Below, piece by piece: positions 8,971-18,164 of a stretch of 24,559 nucleotides of DNA (position 1 is its first letter; the number at the start of each line of letters is the position of its first letter). The DNA is from a virus (lineage: Duplodnaviria; Caudoviricetes): IMG/VR virus record IMGVR_UViG_3300005758_000141, positions 1 through 24,559 of that record. The stretch is one strand, 5' to 3'. The position numbers were made by a program, and so were the translations under genes. The notes below the pieces were generated by a model, which saw only the letters and a list, made by a program, of their open reading frames with translations, did not search any database and was not told the DNA's origin.

Positions 8971-9357
8971 TTACTCCAGAGTTACGGACAGGTTGCCAGC
9001 CGAAATAGTGAAAATGTCGCCGCTAGTGATGGTTTTCGACGTATCAAGCGGAGTATGGAACAGAAGGTTCCCGCTGGTAGAAGCATCCATAATTCCAATA
9101 TGCGTTACAGTACCCCAGGAGCCAGTAGCAGTAGGGAACGTAACAGCGCCGCTATTCGTGCTAACACCGTTGCTCGGAGCGCCAAACGTCACCGCAGTGC
9201 GTTGATACGCATTCCCAGAGACCTCAGTGCCAGTATTTGCATCGGTCGGGTCAGTGGTAAACAGCGCAACATACACGGTAGCCGGGCTAGTATATGTAGT
9301 ATTACGGAGAACCGCATTAATCATCGCGTTCTCAAGGTAGTTCGACATTTCTGCCAT
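8971..9357 (-). CDS. Tail/fibre-associated structural protein
   Basis: 128 aa with the widespread phage motif SNYLE......L...YVALFT.DP....G.EVSG..Y.R..V.F....FP.AT..WGT.TH.GI.DA...GN.L. SD GAGGTG. Confidence 0.75.
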   Translation of the reverse strand: MAEMSNYLENAMINAVLRNTTYTSPATVYVALFTTDPTDANTGTEVSGNAYQRTAVTFGAPSNGVSTNSGAVTFPTATGSWGTVTHIGIMDASTSGNLLFHTPLDTSKTITSGDIFTISAGNLSVTLE

Positions 9358-9365
9358 GATTCACC

Positions 9366-9980
9366 TCAGTTAAAAGTCATTACCATAGGCTGGCCACTAT
9401 ACTCGCCGCCCTGATCTGCGTTAGAAATAGAAGCAATAGAACGCTCATACAGAGCAGCCCATGTTTGGATTCGTGCATCATTCATCAAATACGGTTCTGC
9501 TTCAGCCAACGAAGCATAAAGCAGCGCATCAGGGCAATACACAAGCCAAACATTGGTAGGAGTATCAGCACTCAACGGCGATGGATTAACGTAATACAAC
9601 ATTTGCAGCGTATAAGTGCTATCAGGCACTGGCGCTAGTTGCATCTCGTTAGCCAAAACAGTGTAGTTGACGGGCTTTCCAGATTCTTTAGTGCGAGCCT
9701 TGCTATAGAAGTTATTAGGAGCCATATAGCTCAGGCTAACAACAGGATTCGTATCGAGATGAATGTCGCGCATCTCAAGAAAATCCGTAGGAAGGCCGAT
9801 AGTTGAGTCACCGGCATTAGTTTGTGCTGTGGCTACAGCCAACATCTGGCGGATTCGTAGATCGCGGCTAAGGCGATTCTGAGCCAGTTTAATGAAGTCT
9901 GGAATAATGGCGTTCAGGTCACTACGCGCCAAGTAATTGGCAATCGTAGTTTGTAGTTCTGAGTATGTACTAATTGCCAT
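9366..9980 (-). CDS. Head-tail adaptor protein
   Basis: TYSEL...IA.YL.R.DL...IPDFI.LA..R..R.LR, LP.DFLE.R and PD.LLY..L.EA.PYL.ND.R motifs; SD GAGG. Confidence 0.75.
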   Translation of the reverse strand: MAISTYSELQTTIANYLARSDLNAIIPDFIKLAQNRLSRDLRIRQMLAVATAQTNAGDSTIGLPTDFLEMRDIHLDTNPVVSLSYMAPNNFYSKARTKESGKPVNYTVLANEMQLAPVPDSTYTLQMLYYVNPSPLSADTPTNVWLVYCPDALLYASLAEAEPYLMNDARIQTWAALYERSIASISNADQGGEYSGQPMVMTFN

Positions 9981-9981
9981 G

Positions 9982-10635
9982 TTATTCCTCTAGCTGTTCA
10001 AAGTCTTTCCAGCCGTATTCATAAGTACCAATATGGCGGATGTGCATCGATAGCTCATGGTCTACATACGTTTCAAAGCCATAATCACCGGCTTTAACGC
10101 AGAAATGCACATCCTCACCACAAACACCATTCGGCCCCCATCCAGTATCAAACCACGGCCTAGGGATAGCCTCAAACACTTCCTTGCGAATCAAGACAGC
10201 ACCAAAACCAACTGCCGTCACCGATTCAATGCCTTGTTTGCCACGGGAATCAATGTTTTCCCACTTGTACACCACTTCTTTGCCATTTTCCTGCTTTGTG
10301 AGCAATTTAGCAGTAGGCGTAACGGGTTTTCTACGGGTAGTAGCGTTAACCCCGACAATAGGCACTTCACGGCTAAGAAGAATAGTAATGATGTCGTGAG
10401 GAAACCTCATGTCGCTGTCAATAAACAGAACAGCGTCACAACCTTCCTTTAGCGCCACCTCTACCAACTTCTCACGCTGGTCGAAAATCAGCGTTCCTGG
10501 CATCGTGTAAAGGCTTAGGCCATTGGCTTTATCTTTGCATCGCACAGACGCATCATGTGCAGCCATACGAGCAAAATCAAAAGCAAAGCCAGTCATTACC
10601 TCATCACGACACGGCACACATACGCCAACTCTCAT
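9982..10635 (-). CDS. Glycosyltransferase family 2-like (GT-A fold) #2
   Basis: N-terminal VCVP strand, LFIDSD (DxD), GFGAVLIRKEVF, GEDVHFC and a C-terminal HIG. Confidence 0.85.
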   Translation of the reverse strand: MRVGVCVPCRDEVMTGFAFDFARMAAHDASVRCKDKANGLSLYTMPGTLIFDQREKLVEVALKEGCDAVLFIDSDMRFPHDIITILLSREVPIVGVNATTRRKPVTPTAKLLTKQENGKEVVYKWENIDSRGKQGIESVTAVGFGAVLIRKEVFEAIPRPWFDTGWGPNGVCGEDVHFCVKAGDYGFETYVDHELSMHIRHIGTYEYGWKDFEQLEE

Positions 10636-10934
10636 ACAGTTCCCCTATAAGTTTTCCAAACGGCATTTTCAGGATCGTTCAGCCATCTAGCAAAGCCAAC
10701 CTCATCAATCACGTTAAAACCTCGCATAACACCTTTTTTGTTCAGGTCATCAATAACCGTGAACGGGATTCTTGCAACGTGATGTAGCTCGTTTAGATGC
10801 CCTGTACGTTGTTTATCGAACTCTAGTTGAGCCTTATTAGCCTCAATGATTTCGCTAACATCCTGTTTAGTTTCGATGATGATACCGCCATCACCGTCCG
10901 CATGTACCGTCTGAGTCCTTATAGGTTTGCTCAT
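10632..10934 (-). CDS. Conserved hypothetical head-module protein (100 aa)
   Basis: QDVS.II..NK, VA.IP and WLNDP.N motifs; ATGA-coupled on both sides. Confidence 0.7.
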   Translation of the reverse strand: MSKPIRTQTVHADGDGGIIIETKQDVSEIIEANKAQLEFDKQRTGHLNELHHVARIPFTVIDDLNKKGVMRGFNVIDEVGFARWLNDPENAVWKTYRGTV

Positions 10935-11512
10935 TTAACGTGTGTCCAAGTGCGCCCAATTCTGACTCCCCGGACGCAATTTGGGGATACACCAAGTTCA
11001 CGAGCTATTGCAGCATGACTTAATGTACTTGAACGGATCAGCCTAATTTTTTCCTCATCAAGCAATGATTTCCCGTTGCCTTCGCCTTTAGGAGAAACAA
11101 CTCGTTTCCTCCCTTTTGCGATCATATCCTGCGTATTTTCCTTTGGTGTGCCAATACTCAAATGATGAGGATTTACACAGCTAGGATTATCGCATTTATG
11201 CATCACAAACATACCATCTGGAATGTCTGCTTTGTTAAATAATTTCCAACTTACTCTATGTGCGCCTTCACTACCTAAAGACTTAGCGCCTAAACTTATT
11301 CTTCCATATCCGCTTGATAGTATTTGGCCTTGCCATTCCCAACACTCGGATTCAGACTTCTTATTTACAAATCTCCAAAACCTTGTTTCAAGAGATTCTT
11401 GAGAATACTTTTGCGGATCGGGACTGCCATACTTCTTTACTCGTTTGTAATGTTTCTGGCAGTACCCAAGTCCAACTACTTTCCCTTCACAACCCTCATA
11501 CAAACATGACAT
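10931..11512 (-). CDS. HNH homing endonuclease inserted after the capsid gene
   Basis: N-terminal CxxxxC..GYCQKHY zinc finger; RFW..V, CWEW.G, GYG, AHRVSW, VMHKCDNPSCVNP.HL..GT..EN..DM..KGR; C-terminal HTH. Start is likely ATG 11512 after GGAGG. Confidence 0.9.
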   Translation of the reverse strand: MSCLYEGCEGKVVGLGYCQKHYKRVKKYGSPDPQKYSQESLETRFWRFVNKKSESECWEWQGQILSSGYGRISLGAKSLGSEGAHRVSWKLFNKADIPDGMFVMHKCDNPSCVNPHHLSIGTPKENTQDMIAKGRKRVVSPKGEGNGKSLLDEEKIRLIRSSTLSHAAIARELGVSPNCVRGVRIGRTWTHVK

Positions 11513-11514
11513 AA

Positions 11515-11548
11515 AGCCTCCCATGGATAACCACAGGAGGACTATATA
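11515..11548 (-). promoter_or_regulatory. Hairpin sequestering the HNH gene SD, with an abutting -10-like TATAGT
   Basis: Minus strand TATAGT-CCTCCTGTGG-TTAT-CCATGGGAGG-CTTT-ATG. 10-bp stem (2 G-U) containing GGAGG. Confidence 0.65.
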
Positions 11549-11558
11549 TCAACATCCG

Positions 11559-12503
11559 TTACAGTGCCATGTCAAGATCGAAAATTCCGCCATGAGCGGC
11601 CTCATTCTTAACCTCAAGCGTGACTTCAGCCAGAATCTGGGTTTTGTCAGCATCGCCAGCCTTGGCCAGTTCCACGGTCTGGAACGGGCGCAGGTAAGCC
11701 AGTGCTGCGTATTCCGGATCAAGCACAAGTGCTTCGCGGGTACGCATAAAGCGGTTCGGGACAACGCTCATCGTGCCAAAGTCCGACATATACACATCAG
11801 CGGCGCCGATGATGGTAGTCGGGGTATTGGCCGGCGCTTGGAAACGCTGTGCAGCGATACCAGCAAACGACGAGACTTTTTGCTTACCAGCAGCGCCAAC
11901 CATCAGAATCTTCGGCGAGCCACCAGAGGTGTAAACCTCAGCAACCACGGTTTTCAGCAGTGCCTCGGTAAAGGTACGCTGAGTGCCATCGGTACGGGTA
12001 GAAACGCCGATGGTTGCCGGATCTGCACCGCCCGAGCCAACGTCCGAGTTGGTTTTGATCCACGACAGCAGCGAGCCAAGTTTACGAGCAGTCGTCGAGC
12101 TACCAGCCGAACGGCCTTGGTTCGACAGCAGGATCGTTTCCAGATCGCGTTTCAGTTCAGACGATGCCTTAGCCAGTTGGTAAGCCTTTTCCGACTTACG
12201 GCCAGCCTTGTTCACTGCGTCCAGAGTACCGGAAACCTTGATGGTTTTCTCGATGATCTGGGTATAGTTACCGAGGCGAACGGTCGGAGACAGGGTAGCG
12301 TCCGATGCGTCAGCGCCTTCGATAGCAGCGTTAGCGGTCGTTGCAGCAGCCAGCGAGTCAGTCTGCCACTCGTGGTAAACAGCAGTCGCCTTGGTCTTGC
12401 CAATCGACGACATAAACGGCGTTTCGGTCGGGCTGATGTTATAGATAACATCGGTCAGATCTTCACGTTGGCCAATGGCCGAATGAGCGGTATAAGTTGC
12501 CAT
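11559..12503 (-). CDS. Major capsid protein (DUF5309/SU10-like, HK97 fold)
   Basis: REDL.DVI.NISP.ETPF, HEWQTD.L, N.TQI..K...VSGT and ELKRD.E motifs. Follows the scaffold; strong SD AAGGA and biased codon use. Confidence 0.92.
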   Translation of the reverse strand: MATYTAHSAIGQREDLTDVIYNISPTETPFMSSIGKTKATAVYHEWQTDSLAAATTANAAIEGADASDATLSPTVRLGNYTQIIEKTIKVSGTLDAVNKAGRKSEKAYQLAKASSELKRDLETILLSNQGRSAGSSTTARKLGSLLSWIKTNSDVGSGGADPATIGVSTRTDGTQRTFTEALLKTVVAEVYTSGGSPKILMVGAAGKQKVSSFAGIAAQRFQAPANTPTTIIGAADVYMSDFGTMSVVPNRFMRTREALVLDPEYAALAYLRPFQTVELAKAGDADKTQILAEVTLEVKNEAAHGGIFDLDMAL

Positions 12504-12515
12504 GATTTATTTCCT

Positions 12516-13499
12516 TTACAAGAATCGTTCAAAAACGGCTGCGGCATCTGCAACTCGTCCAGAGCTACGAGCACGCGCCTTCAGTTTCTTCAGTTCTTCC
12601 CTGTCACTATCACGAACTTGAGCTACGCCAGGCTTGATAGATTTAGGAGCCTCGCTAACCTTCTTCGTAATATTCGGCTTTGCAGACTGCAATTTGTCGT
12701 ACTGCATAGCTTTCCACAGCGTCAGAACTGCGCGGCTGTCATAGACATTCGCAAGTTCCTCATCAGAAAAACCTAGTTGCTTCCCGTAATTACGAATCTC
12801 TTTACGGATAACATCACCTTTTTGCGGATCAACAAACTCAGGCAATACAGCTGCAAGTTTCTGCGCTTCCTCTGCTACTTTTTGTTGCAAAGTCTGCTGC
12901 TGCTCTTGCATCTGTTGTTGCATGATACGCTCACGCTCTGCACGAACCTGAGCTAGTTGCTTCTCACGCTGCGAAAGTTCTGCGACCTTAACGGCATAAC
13001 CGATAGGATCGTTCTCTTTCAAAAAGTCTAGATTTTCCGTTTCCGGCTGTTGATTCAGCATCTGCTCAATCAGTTGCAGCCGTTGCGCGTACTGATCCCT
13101 CAGTACCTTAGCTTCCTCGATACGCTGGCGTTCTGCCTCAACTGCCTTGCGTTCTTCAGCTACCGTTTGCGATTTCTTCGTGTAATCAGTGCCAAGCTGA
13201 TAACCTTTAATGAGTTCGTCTAGCGTCACCTCGCGTTCTTCGCCAGCGGCTTTCACGCGGTATTTCGGTTGCTCTACTTGCTCATCGTTATCTTCTTGTT
13301 CTACCTCTGCATCTTCGGAATAATCCTCAGACTCATCAGATTCGGCCTCGCTATCGTCGGCTTCGGCGCGGAGTTCGGATTGTCCATTGTCGGAGTCCTC
13401 ATCACCACCCATAAGACCCAAGATAGCGTTAGCTGCACCGTTAACGTCCAACTGTGCATTTCCCTGCTCGGGAGTCATGCCATCAGTATCGCTCATCAT
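12516..13499 (-). CDS. Capsid scaffolding protein
   Basis: Acidic N-terminus, EVTLDEL..GY....DYTKK.Q, coiled coil, basic C-terminus; directly upstream of the capsid gene. Confidence 0.85.
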   Translation of the reverse strand: MMSDTDGMTPEQGNAQLDVNGAANAILGLMGGDEDSDNGQSELRAEADDSEAESDESEDYSEDAEVEQEDNDEQVEQPKYRVKAAGEEREVTLDELIKGYQLGTDYTKKSQTVAEERKAVEAERQRIEEAKVLRDQYAQRLQLIEQMLNQQPETENLDFLKENDPIGYAVKVAELSQREKQLAQVRAERERIMQQQMQEQQQTLQQKVAEEAQKLAAVLPEFVDPQKGDVIRKEIRNYGKQLGFSDEELANVYDSRAVLTLWKAMQYDKLQSAKPNITKKVSEAPKSIKPGVAQVRDSDREELKKLKARARSSGRVADAAAVFERFL

Positions 13500-13521
13500 G
13501 TTTCCTTAATTATAAGGTTGG

Positions 13522-13752
13522 TTAAAAAATCTTAAAACGCTTTTTCTCAATCAACTTATCTGCAGCCATGCTATCAAGATAATCAACAATACTATCAAGC
13601 ACGGTTATACGCAAATAAGCATCTTCTCTATCGCCAATATCGCTAGGTTTTGACGTTAGAAACCTATTTAACTGTGCGCTTTTCAATGAATCAATGGCCT
13701 CAATAAACATTGGATCATTAAGCAAATTATTAGCCCAACTAGCTTTATCCAT
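13522..13752 (-). CDS. Small helical hypothetical protein between portal and scaffold
   Basis: 76 aa, A..LL.DP.F and RE.AY motifs; TAATG-coupled to the portal gene. Confidence 0.7.
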   Translation of the reverse strand: MDKASWANNLLNDPMFIEAIDSLKSAQLNRFLTSKPSDIGDREDAYLRITVLDSIVDYLDSMAADKLIEKKRFKIF

Positions 13753-15851
13753 TATTGCATTCCAGTCAAAGTACCAAGCTCTTTAATCGCTTTCAACACA
13801 ATCTCAGCCTGTTTATTGCGAGTCTGCTCGTCTGCAATATCCATAGCAAGAATAGCCTGAAGCTGCTGCACTGCAACCTGAGCCTCTTTAATCTTAAGTT
13901 CTGCCTGTTGACGCTGACTCTGCATCTGCATCTCAATGCCCTTCTTGGTGAACTCAGCCTCTAGCTGCTGGCGCTCAAGATCCAACTTGGCAGCGTCAAT
14001 CTGCGCTTTGGCTTGCATCTTTTCACGTTCAACCTGAGCAAATAGCTCTGCAGCTTGTGCCTGTGCGTCTGGAGTTGGAGGCTGCGGCTGAGACAGTTGA
14101 GCATCCATCTCTGGCGTAATCTCGTTCATGAATGCACTTGCATCCTTGAAACCAGCGGCCTCAATGAGCCGTGCCAGAGTGTTGCGGTACTGGCCAACGC
14201 TAACCAGCGGATTAGACGGGCCGAACTGCTGAAGAATCTGCTCCTGCTTCTGGAGAATCATCTGCAGCATTGCCAACTTCTGCTCACGGTCTCCAGATCC
14301 TAGGCCAACGTTAACAGAAACATCGTATTCATTCGTCCAAGTGCGCGGGTCATACTGGACGTACTTGCCACGCATACGAACCAGCTTGGGCTTGTCCTGA
14401 TACTTGGCCAGCAGGTGCAGAATTCCTTTAAACAGGCTCTTAACGCCAGTCTCAGCAAAGATACGGGCGATAAGCTCTAGCTTCCCACTATTGGACTTCA
14501 TCATTGCTGCCACAGCCGTAGCAGCCACGTTATTCAGCACATCGGGGTCAAGACCTTGCTGTGCGTCAGTAACGCCAGTGCGACGGCTCTGAACAGCGTC
14601 TAGGTACTCCAGCATCGGGAATGCCTGAGCAGTCACAGCAGGAACTTGAATCGGAACCATAGCGTTCGGATTCTTCATCCGGATAATGCCACCAGGCGTA
14701 GCGTTCAGCGCGTCATCAAGGTTAACTTGTCCATCAACAACGCCAACACGAGCGTTATTCGTAAGGTACAAGTTATCCAGCATCTGACGGGTAACAGTGG
14801 ACTTGATTAGCTGGATGTCCATCGTCCGGTCAGCAAGCGACTGGCCAAAGAACTTGTGCGGAATCGGGATAGGACAGATGCCATGAAATGGGATGTAATC
14901 CGTTTCCTCATCCTCTAGGATTTCCGAGCCGCAATAGACAATGCGACGAAGCTCTGCGATGCCATCATCGTTCTCATCAATACGGATGTAGCACTCGTAG
15001 ACCTCAACTGTTTGCATGGACTGATCCATGCTCTGCGACTCATCTGGCTGTTCACCTTGGTCAAAACGAGCAACACGCTCAGGAGAGAACGTCAGGTCAT
15101 CATAAGAAGGTAGCCCATCAATAATCTTTTTGGGATAGCCCATGGCAATCAATTCCGACCTCGCCATTAGCCTACGATGGGCTACGAAATTTGCATCCTC
15201 GATAGTCCGAGCAGACTTCGATATAAGGAATTCTTCAGGCGGCACGTTCTCAATACGCACACAGCCATACTTGTTTACTTTCTTTACAGTAACGTCAAAC
15301 GATGGCACTTGAATCGGCATACCCATCGGATCAATGCCAACATCAATCATCGTTACATCCTGGCTAACAACCTCAACAGAACCATCAGCCAGCATCATCG
15401 CCAGCTCGTCCTCTGTCAGCCCTTTGTAAGACTCTTTCTTTACATCTTCCTTTTGATCCCAATACGATTTAACAATGCCAGTCTTTTGCAACAGCGCATC
15501 TTTAAACCAGTTATGCAGAATCAACAGGCCATCGTTTTCACGATAAAACACCCAGTTGCAGTAATCCGTAGCTTGTTTAGCGGATTCTTCTGCGGCAGGA
15601 GATTTAGGCTCAAAATAGACAATATCCTCAGTGGTAGTAAATACACGCACCAACTGAGGCAAAGCGCCGTCTACAGCCTCTGCAACATCGCCAGTAACAA
15701 TCTGGCTGCGGCCTTCAACTTCGTTGCCATAAGGATCACGGAGATAATATTGCAGCGCCTTACGGCGGCTTTCCGTAGTCTCAGTCTCAATAAAGCCAAT
15801 AGCATTATCTATTTCGGCTTCTAGTACGGATTTGATTTCTTCGTTACGCAT
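13752..15851 (-). CDS. Portal protein (P22/SU10-like, with a C-terminal coiled-coil barrel)
   Basis: 699 aa after TerL. G.EVEGRSQIV, FKDALL.K.G..K, ENVPPEEF, P.PH.F.G.S and V.VGLG motifs; Q/E-rich helical tail. Confidence 0.92.
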   Translation of the reverse strand: MRNEEIKSVLEAEIDNAIGFIETETTESRRKALQYYLRDPYGNEVEGRSQIVTGDVAEAVDGALPQLVRVFTTTEDIVYFEPKSPAAEESAKQATDYCNWVFYRENDGLLILHNWFKDALLQKTGIVKSYWDQKEDVKKESYKGLTEDELAMMLADGSVEVVSQDVTMIDVGIDPMGMPIQVPSFDVTVKKVNKYGCVRIENVPPEEFLISKSARTIEDANFVAHRRLMARSELIAMGYPKKIIDGLPSYDDLTFSPERVARFDQGEQPDESQSMDQSMQTVEVYECYIRIDENDDGIAELRRIVYCGSEILEDEETDYIPFHGICPIPIPHKFFGQSLADRTMDIQLIKSTVTRQMLDNLYLTNNARVGVVDGQVNLDDALNATPGGIIRMKNPNAMVPIQVPAVTAQAFPMLEYLDAVQSRRTGVTDAQQGLDPDVLNNVAATAVAAMMKSNSGKLELIARIFAETGVKSLFKGILHLLAKYQDKPKLVRMRGKYVQYDPRTWTNEYDVSVNVGLGSGDREQKLAMLQMILQKQEQILQQFGPSNPLVSVGQYRNTLARLIEAAGFKDASAFMNEITPEMDAQLSQPQPPTPDAQAQAAELFAQVEREKMQAKAQIDAAKLDLERQQLEAEFTKKGIEMQMQSQRQQAELKIKEAQVAVQQLQAILAMDIADEQTRNKQAEIVLKAIKELGTLTGMQ

Positions 15852-15879
15852 ACCGCGTCCTTAATGGCAATTTTTCTTA

Positions 15880-17139
15880 TTATACAATCCAAGCAGTTTT
15901 AATAGGCAACTTTGATTGCCACGTTTCAGCCGATTGGTCAAGACTAATAGCCATATATCGCATTGCATCAGCGTAATGGCTAGTCCAATCATGCAATGGC
16001 TTGTCATAAAATACCTGCCGTTTCTCGTCAAACTCCTTACGGTAATTGCGGATGGCCTCAACGCCAGGCTTAGTGCGTGTGTGAAACCAGCAATTAGGCA
16101 GCATCCTCCGGACCGCCTGAATGCCGTCAGCAATGCTTAGTCGCGGAGCCACCGTAATTTGGAGGCCCGCATCTTGCAGCACTTCCTTTCGGCTCTTTCC
16201 TGTTCCAAGTTCCCTGACTTCAACGTCATGCGGCAAGAATTGCTCGTACTTGCTGTAGTCGTTGTCTCGCAGCCATTTGACGTACCAATCGAGTCCGACT
16301 CCGTGATTCTCCACGCAGTCAAGAAATCTAATTTCCTTGCCGGCCAACTGAGCAACCCACAAGCAAGTCGAGTCACCCATACCAAGATCCCAAGCAACAA
16401 AAGAACGGCAAAGGTCATCACGTTCAAAGGCCACCATCCGGCCCTTCGCCTCAAGATCGTTGATAAGCGACCCATAATAGCTACCTTCCACTGATGCATT
16501 GAAAGAGCACTCGAACTCTTGCTGGTACTTATCGTCGCCCATCTCTGCATGAGCAGCCTTGAGTTCTTTTTCTGGAATCAGGCCAGTCTGCGATGCTTTG
16601 AACTCCAGAAGCGCCCAATCTGCTGCCGTCTGCGCCCTATCCCGCAGATCTGCAAAGTGATTACGGCCTTTTGGCGTACCAATGAACAAGCACCATCCTA
16701 GACGGTCAGACAGTGCTGGGCGGATAATCTCGTTCCAAATCTTCGGGTTCTGGTCGCCAACCTCATCAATCACCACACCATCGAAATACTGGCCACGCAG
16801 CGAATCATGGTTATCTGAGCCGTAAAGGGATATACGCCTACCCCAGAAGTCAACACGCAATTCAGCGATGTTGGCAGTGGCGCCTAGTGGCCTGGTGAAC
16901 TCAAGCAGGTAATCCCACGCTACCCGCTTAGATTGGGCATATGTGGGAGCAATGTAGGCGAAACGCGGATTAGGCTTGTCGCAGAGGATTGCAGCCTTAA
17001 TTAGATGATTGATGGCTGATACAGTTTTCCCCATACGCCGATGGGCCACTACCACCACGAAACGATGGCTATCTATTGCCTCATGAATCGCTAGTTGCTG
17101 ATCCCTCGGGGCGTATGGAATCTCGATTACTTCTTCCAT
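15880..17139 (-). CDS. terL: Terminase large subunit
   Basis: Walker A VAHRRMGKT, LRG..FDGVVIDE (Walker B), GTPKG, nuclease WDLG..D and HDW.SH.ADA.RY. Confidence 0.95.
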   Translation of the reverse strand: MEEVIEIPYAPRDQQLAIHEAIDSHRFVVVVAHRRMGKTVSAINHLIKAAILCDKPNPRFAYIAPTYAQSKRVAWDYLLEFTRPLGATANIAELRVDFWGRRISLYGSDNHDSLRGQYFDGVVIDEVGDQNPKIWNEIIRPALSDRLGWCLFIGTPKGRNHFADLRDRAQTAADWALLEFKASQTGLIPEKELKAAHAEMGDDKYQQEFECSFNASVEGSYYGSLINDLEAKGRMVAFERDDLCRSFVAWDLGMGDSTCLWVAQLAGKEIRFLDCVENHGVGLDWYVKWLRDNDYSKYEQFLPHDVEVRELGTGKSRKEVLQDAGLQITVAPRLSIADGIQAVRRMLPNCWFHTRTKPGVEAIRNYRKEFDEKRQVFYDKPLHDWTSHYADAMRYMAISLDQSAETWQSKLPIKTAWIV

Positions 17140-17426
17140 GTCACCACATGCTGTTGCGGCTCACCATCCTTACCAGTCACTTCAGTACGAGCCAGCTTAG
17201 GAATATGGTACTCAGCCATCTTATTCATCAGGTCTAGCGCCTTATACGGGTCTTCTTGAGCTACTTGATTTAGCCATCTGTCCATGTTCGGAGCATTGCG
17301 CTCCAATAGGTTAGCAATAGTCTCTCTAACCATGCTAGTGGACTTATTAGGAATACCTTTAGGGCGGCCAGGACCGGGCGCACCCTCTCCGATTCTCAAT
17401 GTTTTTTTATCGTTAACTGTTTCCAT
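17127..17426 (-). CDS. terS: Terminase small subunit (putative)
   Basis: GPGRPKG.PNK N-terminus and PKL.RTEVTG.DG.P C-terminus; overlaps the TerL start. Confidence 0.75.
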   Translation of the reverse strand: METVNDKKTLRIGEGAPGPGRPKGIPNKSTSMVRETIANLLERNAPNMDRWLNQVAQEDPYKALDLMNKMAEYHIPKLARTEVTGKDGEPQQHVVTWKK

Positions 17427-17440
17427 GATTGCAATACCTT

Positions 17441-18157
17441 TTAGGTGTCTTGCGTATAAAACTCGCTATACATGTCCGGCCTATTGGCCCTTATCCACTC
17501 TCTAGGTTCCTCATGGCATTTAGCAAAATCATCCCCTACTGTCTGACTCCCTGCGTGATGCACATAAGCCCTTGATACAAAATGCTGATAACCTAGCTTT
17601 TGCATATCAGCACAGATAATGTTATCAGAATACCAGTTAGTGCTAGGGAACTTTACTTTATTCCAAACATCGCGTTTTACTAAAGCAAAGATGGGCGCGA
17701 TAACATTTGCCAGCTTAATGCTTTGCTCTGACGCATAACGCAATCCAATTGCTTCATCATCCGCTACTGGAAACCGAATATTCTGTGCTTCTAGTACGTA
17801 ATCTGATCTTGCGCCAAGAAAACCATAACTAAATCCTCTAGTCTCCAATAGCTTTGCATCTTCCTTAAGCATAGCAATGGCTGTAGGCGTAAGCGCAACA
17901 TCGTCATTTGCCAGGATTACACTATCAAAACCACCGTGCTCAAACGCATGCGTTACAGCAGCGTTATACGCATCGCCAAAGTTCTTAGCTATATTCTCAG
18001 TCCATACGGCATTAGGAAGCCGCATTTTTACTTGGTCATACATTTCCAAGCCACGGCCAGATACATACACTGGTAGCTCTGGCGCATACTGCCTAATACT
18101 TTCAAGCAATATATATAGACCTTTGTTTCCTACTGAGCAGATTACGATTGCTTGCAT
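17441..18157 (-). CDS. Glycosyltransferase family 2-like (GT-A fold) #1
   Basis: NFG.AYN, VILANDD (xDD metal motif), WYSDN.IC and YVHHAGSQT. Confidence 0.8.
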   Translation of the reverse strand: MQAIVICSVGNKGLYILLESIRQYAPELPVYVSGRGLEMYDQVKMRLPNAVWTENIAKNFGDAYNAAVTHAFEHGGFDSVILANDDVALTPTAIAMLKEDAKLLETRGFSYGFLGARSDYVLEAQNIRFPVADDEAIGLRYASEQSIKLANVIAPIFALVKRDVWNKVKFPSTNWYSDNIICADMQKLGYQHFVSRAYVHHAGSQTVGDDFAKCHEEPREWIRANRPDMYSEFYTQDT

Positions 18158-18164
18158 AAAAATT

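Noticed and set aside
10931-11560. Group I intron around the HNH genes
   Set aside because: Flanking genes are complete, intergenic space is under 50 nt and no P7 core sequences are visible; the endonucleases look free-standing.
11523-12776. 417-aa plus-strand ORF
   Set aside because: Antisense shadow of the capsid and scaffold genes, expected from their biased codon use; no recognisable motifs.
13505-13540. TATAAT upstream of the scaffold gene
   Set aside because: No credible -35, and the box is so close to the SD that the transcript would lack it.
15879-15910. TTGCCT-N19-TATAAT upstream of the portal gene
   Set aside because: The 19-nt spacer is suboptimal and the TATAAT overlaps the TerL stop codon; possible but unsupported.
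15177-16701. Alternative-frame and antisense ORFs within the portal and terL genes
   Set aside because: Fully nested in well-supported genes and lacking motifs or ribosome-binding sites.
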